From positions 1 to 64,000 of IMG/VR virus record IMGVR_UViG_3300028797_000100: 64,000 nucleotides of DNA; one strand, given 5' to 3'. Source of the DNA: a virus. Lineage: Duplodnaviria > Caudoviricetes. A model generated the notes under the pieces. The model was not told where the DNA came from, did no database searches, and worked only from the letters and a program-made list of their open reading frames with translations. Numbering within the stretch: the first letter of the stretch is position 1; every line of letters begins with the position of its first letter. Made by a program: the position numbers and the translations under genes. Below, piece after piece: positions 59,796 through 64,000 of this stretch.

Positions 59796-62700
59796 TAAAT
59801 TATATGAATTGGATCCGTATTCGGATATGTAGAATGTAACCACATTCCATGATACGATTGATCGAGTAAGATGTATACGCTGGTAGACATAAACGGAATT
59901 ATCTTTTTTGTATTTGAGATATCATCGATAGCACCGTCTTCAGCTCTACTTACATACAGCGAGAAATATCTCTTGGATGGACCCGTAACATGAATAGCAT
60001 ACATTCCAGTTGTATCTATATCGAGACCATGCCAATGTTCTTCATCGATCTGTTTAACATGTATAACAAGACCGGCAGCTTTATTGGTTACATCAGATTC
60101 CATTCTATGTGTATTGAAGAACAATGGATCTGTTGCTGCTTCACGACGCCATATCTTATCATAAAGCTTTATGATATCAATGTTATCTATTTCAGCAATA
60201 CCCAATCCAGCCAACTTTGGATGGAATAATGATATTCCATTTATAGTAGGGATGTTGGTGAGTTTATTGAAGTCTGTGTTAGAAGTATCAAATGTCACTG
60301 TAGACAGTATGTCTTCTTCAAGATCATAGTTATTAGGATCATCTGTGATGTTACGATAATAATCATTTATTTTTTCATGATTATTTGCGTTAAATATGTA
60401 TGCTACCTGCTGTTTGTTGATGTTGGTGTTACTTAATACAGCCAATTTGAAATTGGAGTAAGTATTACCATTGATATCAATATATACATTTCCCTTATGC
60501 ATCAGATCATTATCCGAATCTACATCATCTACAAGTTCGATACACTCAAAGTTTTTGAGTGATTTCATATTGCGTAATTGAATTGATGTAGGTGACAGTA
60601 TGAGAAGATCTTTAGGATCTGTTACATATCTACCATTTACCCAGAATTCATAACGATCTCTAGAAAGTGGAGTAGGAAGATATCCTGTCATATCAATTAC
60701 ACCGTTCTGAGGTATCTTAGCCAACGAGTAACGACAAATACTGATGTATGTTGATTTAACAACTTTGACATCTTCATTCTGAGTCTGATCTATTACCAGA
60801 CGTCTATCATGTGCATTACGTTTAACATCGGATATTGGTAAACGTGTCTGATTCCTCGAGTCATAATAATACTCAAATGGATTATGTACATCAGAATTAT
60901 CTTCCATGATTGTGTCAGGTACATCCTTGGCATATTTGATTTCCAATGTAACATTAACATCTGTATTCTGTGGGGCATCATTCATTATAAGCATGAACTC
61001 TTCTGGGATCTCACGATACAAAGCGTAATCAGCAGGTACTGTTACCCAGTCGTCATAAATATCTTCACTGTCAATTGTAACAGTTACTACTACGACACCG
61101 CCGCATGAATCATACATGTCATCCTTGAATACAGTACATACGAATTGTCCTTCTGTGTAGTTAGGTAATGTCGAATCTGTTATTGTGATAACTTGTGCAG
61201 AATCAGAGTATGATGTTACACCTTCAAACATTATTGATGATATATTACCATCATACATTGAGAGATCATTGTTTGATATACAGATGAGCTTTACATGTTC
61301 ATTCTCGGTAAATGAATCGATTGGAGCAGTAATTCTTGTTGAGTATTGATGCTGATGGAATTGACGTTGTGTTGTCAGTCCGGTAAATGGAGATTTAACT
61401 TTGAATTTATTGATATCATGATATGTATGTGTAATGCCACCATATTCCACAGTAACATCACACAGCCTGAATACTGGAGCATCAGTATATTTACCAGAAC
61501 GACGAATACGTTTAATGGTTATTTCACCCGCATCAGTTGATGTGGTAGAATACTTTTCATAACCATCAAATTGTTTACGTATTCTGATATCATAGTAAGG
61601 ATCTGTATGAGCGTCTTCTTTATCCAATACAAGTAATGGTTTAAACTTAACCTCGCATGTATTTGTATTCATGAGAACGTCATCGAATACATCGGATTTA
61701 TCATATGCAAAGTAAACGAGTATCTTATTTGAATATGAGAATCCATTAGATGGAGTTATTGTGATACTTGTCATAACACGATCAGTTGTATAGTCATCAC
61801 ATTCATCGATCTTAACACCGTTTTCAACGTTGTATGAAACTGAATATGTTGATGGATCTATCCACAGTTTGTGCTCCCAGTCATATAGATATACTTCTAG
61901 ATCATCTGTATACAATAGATCACCAATCTTTGGAATGAATGTTGGTGAGAACTTATCTGCAGATCCATTGTCAATGTAGATTAATGCTGCATCATTCGAT
62001 ATAACGTTGAACCAAGTTGTTTTACCTTCTAACTGGTAAATCATTTGATTCATACGTTCAACGAGTTTCTTGTTAACATTCTTTCTGTCACGTACTTCTG
62101 CCATACGGATTATGAAACGTGTGTATTCATAACGATGTGTATTTGGATCCAGAGTTGGATCATTCTTAAGTCTGAAATCCATCTTTGATAACTCAATATC
62201 ATCATCACGCACTGCAGCCAAAGCTTGATCTCTGATTGATGTAAATGTCTCAACTTCTTTACGCCAAATCAAATGTTCGTTTGGTTCGAACTTGAGAACG
62301 GGATACTGTTCAGGAAGTGATTTGACATTGAAATTATGATTGATCATGTTCATCTGCAAAGTGTCTTGATCATTTGCAACGAATCCTTCACCAACATAAA
62401 TGAATCTGCTAGTCTTGGATTCTTCGTCGATGAATCTATTATCAATGTCTTCATTAAACATCCACTTCAAACGTGAATAAACATATGGGGCATCGGATGT
62501 TACTGTTAATGGATCACCAGGAAGTGTATAACAGTTGATATGATCAACATCCATTACTGTTGTATCCCAGATTGGTTCGTAATATGAATTCAATGAGGTG
62601 TCAGAATACTCATCGATGAAGTTTCTGATACTATCATCAATTACTTCACATTCTATAGGACCACTCAAGAGTGTTGATACTGTCGTTGAGTTTGTCACAT

Positions 62701-64000
62701 TCAACCATGTAGCGTTCCACTGATCTACTTCAGCTTCCATGAAACCTTTGTTCATAGAATGATCCACAGAAGTTACTATTGCAGGGAATACATACGAACC
62801 ATTCAATGCTTTGATATAGATAGTTTCTCCTTCAAAGTATTTACCATTAACTGATTCGGATGGATGTAAGATCTGACATGGCTTGAAGTACATGTGTGAA
62901 CATTCTTTGTGTCCATGATCAGCTATACTCATTCTATTGATTGTCTGGTTTTCGATAAATACTCTATCTACAGAACCAGGATTCCATGTTACAGGATTAA
63001 GAATATATTCCGACTCATGATCAAGTTGTGTATAATGATTACCCAACAACATTTCATAGTTCATCGGTGCGGGTAATTCATTCAATACCTTACCATCATT
63101 ATTAACTTCAAATGATTCATGATGATCTTCGAAGTCAAGAACTGTTGTTTCTGTGTTGATTATCTGATTGACCTCACCACCCTTGTCGGCAGTACTGCCA
63201 GCACGAATGAATGACATTGAACAATCGGAAATGGTTCCAATTGATGTACCTGCATCAGATAATACATACGCAGTCAATCCGGTAAGATCAGTTCCTCTGA
63301 AGAAGATATATTCGCAGATACTGGATAAACCTGATATGGTGTAATTGGTTCCATCATATGAAGTGTTAAGCTTAAAGAACAGATGATGATCTCCAGCAAT
63401 ACTTGGACCATATGGGGCAAGTGTATGTGGTGTACCATCAGGAATCTTTATAGCAAGTAAGAATGGCTTTGTATTGTAAGTTGTGGATGTCAAATTAGGA
63501 ACGTCGATTGTGTTATAAGTAAAGATATCAAATATGATATCGTTGTAGATCTTATCACAGAATCTTGAATATGGATTGATGTAAGAATTATAGAACGCTG
63601 TCGACAGGTTCTTTATACGTGAATCAAGTAAATCAAGTACAGGATCGACTGCTGTGATATAGTCTACGAGCTTCAAATATAAATCATGGAATACTTGATC
63701 GGAATATGTATTGTTCGGATTATATGCAGTGTGTTCATCAAGTGTATCGAGTATATGAAGATCTATACCATGTAACCACTTCTTGTACTGATATGGATTC
63801 ATTGGTGTATTAATCTTCTTGAGATGAATGTATAATCTACGAACACGTTCCTTAACGTCATTATCGAAGCCGAAGTTGTAGTATACGTATTTCAGAATAC
63901 CAAGGAGACTATCATCTCTAGCTGTGACAAATGATATGAATGACTTTGTAACCGTTTCATTTGGAAGATATATGATAGAAGCACACAGTTCCTTCAATGA
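59795..64000 (-). CDS. Very large putative virion structural protein, partial (start beyond window)
   Basis: Over 1400 codons open to the window edge; C-terminal GYLPTPLSRDRYEFWVNGRY..ILSPTSIQL motif recalled from jumbo-phage structural proteins. Confidence 0.7.
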   Translation of the reverse strand, partial: SLKELCASIIYLPNETVTKSFISFVTARDDSLLGILKYVYYNFGFDNDVKERVRRLYIHLKKINTPMNPYQYKKWLHGIDLHILDTLDEHTAYNPNNTYSDQVFHDLYLKLVDYITAVDPVLDLLDSRIKNLSTAFYNSYINPYSRFCDKIYNDIIFDIFTYNTIDVPNLTSTTYNTKPFLLAIKIPDGTPHTLAPYGPSIAGDHHLFFKLNTSYDGTNYTISGLSSICEYIFFRGTDLTGLTAYVLSDAGTSIGTISDCSMSFIRAGSTADKGGEVNQIINTETTVLDFEDHHESFEVNNDGKVLNELPAPMNYEMLLGNHYTQLDHESEYILNPVTWNPGSVDRVFIENQTINRMSIADHGHKECSHMYFKPCQILHPSESVNGKYFEGETIYIKALNGSYVFPAIVTSVDHSMNKGFMEAEVDQWNATWLNVTNSTTVSTLLSGPIECEVIDDSIRNFIDEYSDTSLNSYYEPIWDTTVMDVDHINCYTLPGDPLTVTSDAPYVYSRLKWMFNEDIDNRFIDEESKTSRFIYVGEGFVANDQDTLQMNMINHNFNVKSLPEQYPVLKFEPNEHLIWRKEVETFTSIRDQALAAVRDDDIELSKMDFRLKNDPTLDPNTHRYEYTRFIIRMAEVRDRKNVNKKLVERMNQMIYQLEGKTTWFNVISNDAALIYIDNGSADKFSPTFIPKIGDLLYTDDLEVYLYDWEHKLWIDPSTYSVSYNVENGVKIDECDDYTTDRVMTSITITPSNGFSYSNKILVYFAYDKSDVFDDVLMNTNTCEVKFKPLLVLDKEDAHTDPYYDIRIRKQFDGYEKYSTTSTDAGEITIKRIRRSGKYTDAPVFRLCDVTVEYGGITHTYHDINKFKVKSPFTGLTTQRQFHQHQYSTRITAPIDSFTENEHVKLICISNNDLSMYDGNISSIMFEGVTSYSDSAQVITITDSTLPNYTEGQFVCTVFKDDMYDSCGGVVVVTVTIDSEDIYDDWVTVPADYALYREIPEEFMLIMNDAPQNTDVNVTLEIKYAKDVPDTIMEDNSDVHNPFEYYYDSRNQTRLPISDVKRNAHDRRLVIDQTQNEDVKVVKSTYISICRYSLAKIPQNGVIDMTGYLPTPLSRDRYEFWVNGRYVTDPKDLLILSPTSIQLRNMKSLKNFECIELVDDVDSDNDLMHKGNVYIDINGNTYSNFKLAVLSNTNINKQQVAYIFNANNHEKINDYYRNITDDPNNYDLEEDILSTVTFDTSNTDFNKLTNIPTINGISLFHPKLAGLGIAEIDNIDIIKLYDKIWRREAATDPLFFNTHRMESDVTNKAAGLVIHVKQIDEEHWHGLDIDTTGMYAIHVTGPSKRYFSLYVSRAEDGAIDDISNTKKIIPFMSTSVYILLDQSYHGMWLHSTYPNTDPIHII

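Noticed and set aside
1-64000. Stop-codon reassignment as seen in some gut jumbo phages
   Set aside because: Genes are long and intact under the standard code, with high coding density and no fragmentation at TAG or TGA

Overview
A 64-kb, AT-rich segment of a jumbo bacteriophage genome that looks phiKZ/AR9-like. Strong Shine-Dalgarno sites, a Thr-rich SleB-type hydrolase and BspA-type LRR proteins suggest a Firmicute (clostridial/Ruminococcus-like) host; this is inference. The left part has replication and transcription genes (N-terminal half of a split family-B DNA polymerase, gyrase A, SF2 helicase, DHH phosphoesterase, C-terminal beta-prime RNA polymerase subunit) and lysis-type genes. A ~10-kb cluster of small paralogous early genes lies at 18.7-29 kb. 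A minus-strand virion module (giant tail fibres, three LRR proteins, a DGR-target-like C-terminus) occupies 29-55.6 kb and >59.8 kb. Two phage promoter motifs recur: ATATATTATT before plus-strand/early genes and AAAC-N7-TAA before minus-strand structural genes. The standout feature is an 806-nt non-coding, GT-rich array at 17216-18021. It has 22 units of the form G-(GY-NNN)n, with 5-nt periodicity and unit lengths mostly 5n+1 (mode 36 nt). It is bracketed by a leader hairpin and a terminator and lies downstream of a catalytically dead HNH gene and an HTH-like gene. It looks like an interleaved-code guide-RNA array rather than a CRISPR or a simple repeat. A second structured non-coding region lies at 58.6-59.4 kb. 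No tRNA, rRNA, CRISPR array or transposase was recognised. All calls were made by eye, without database searches.
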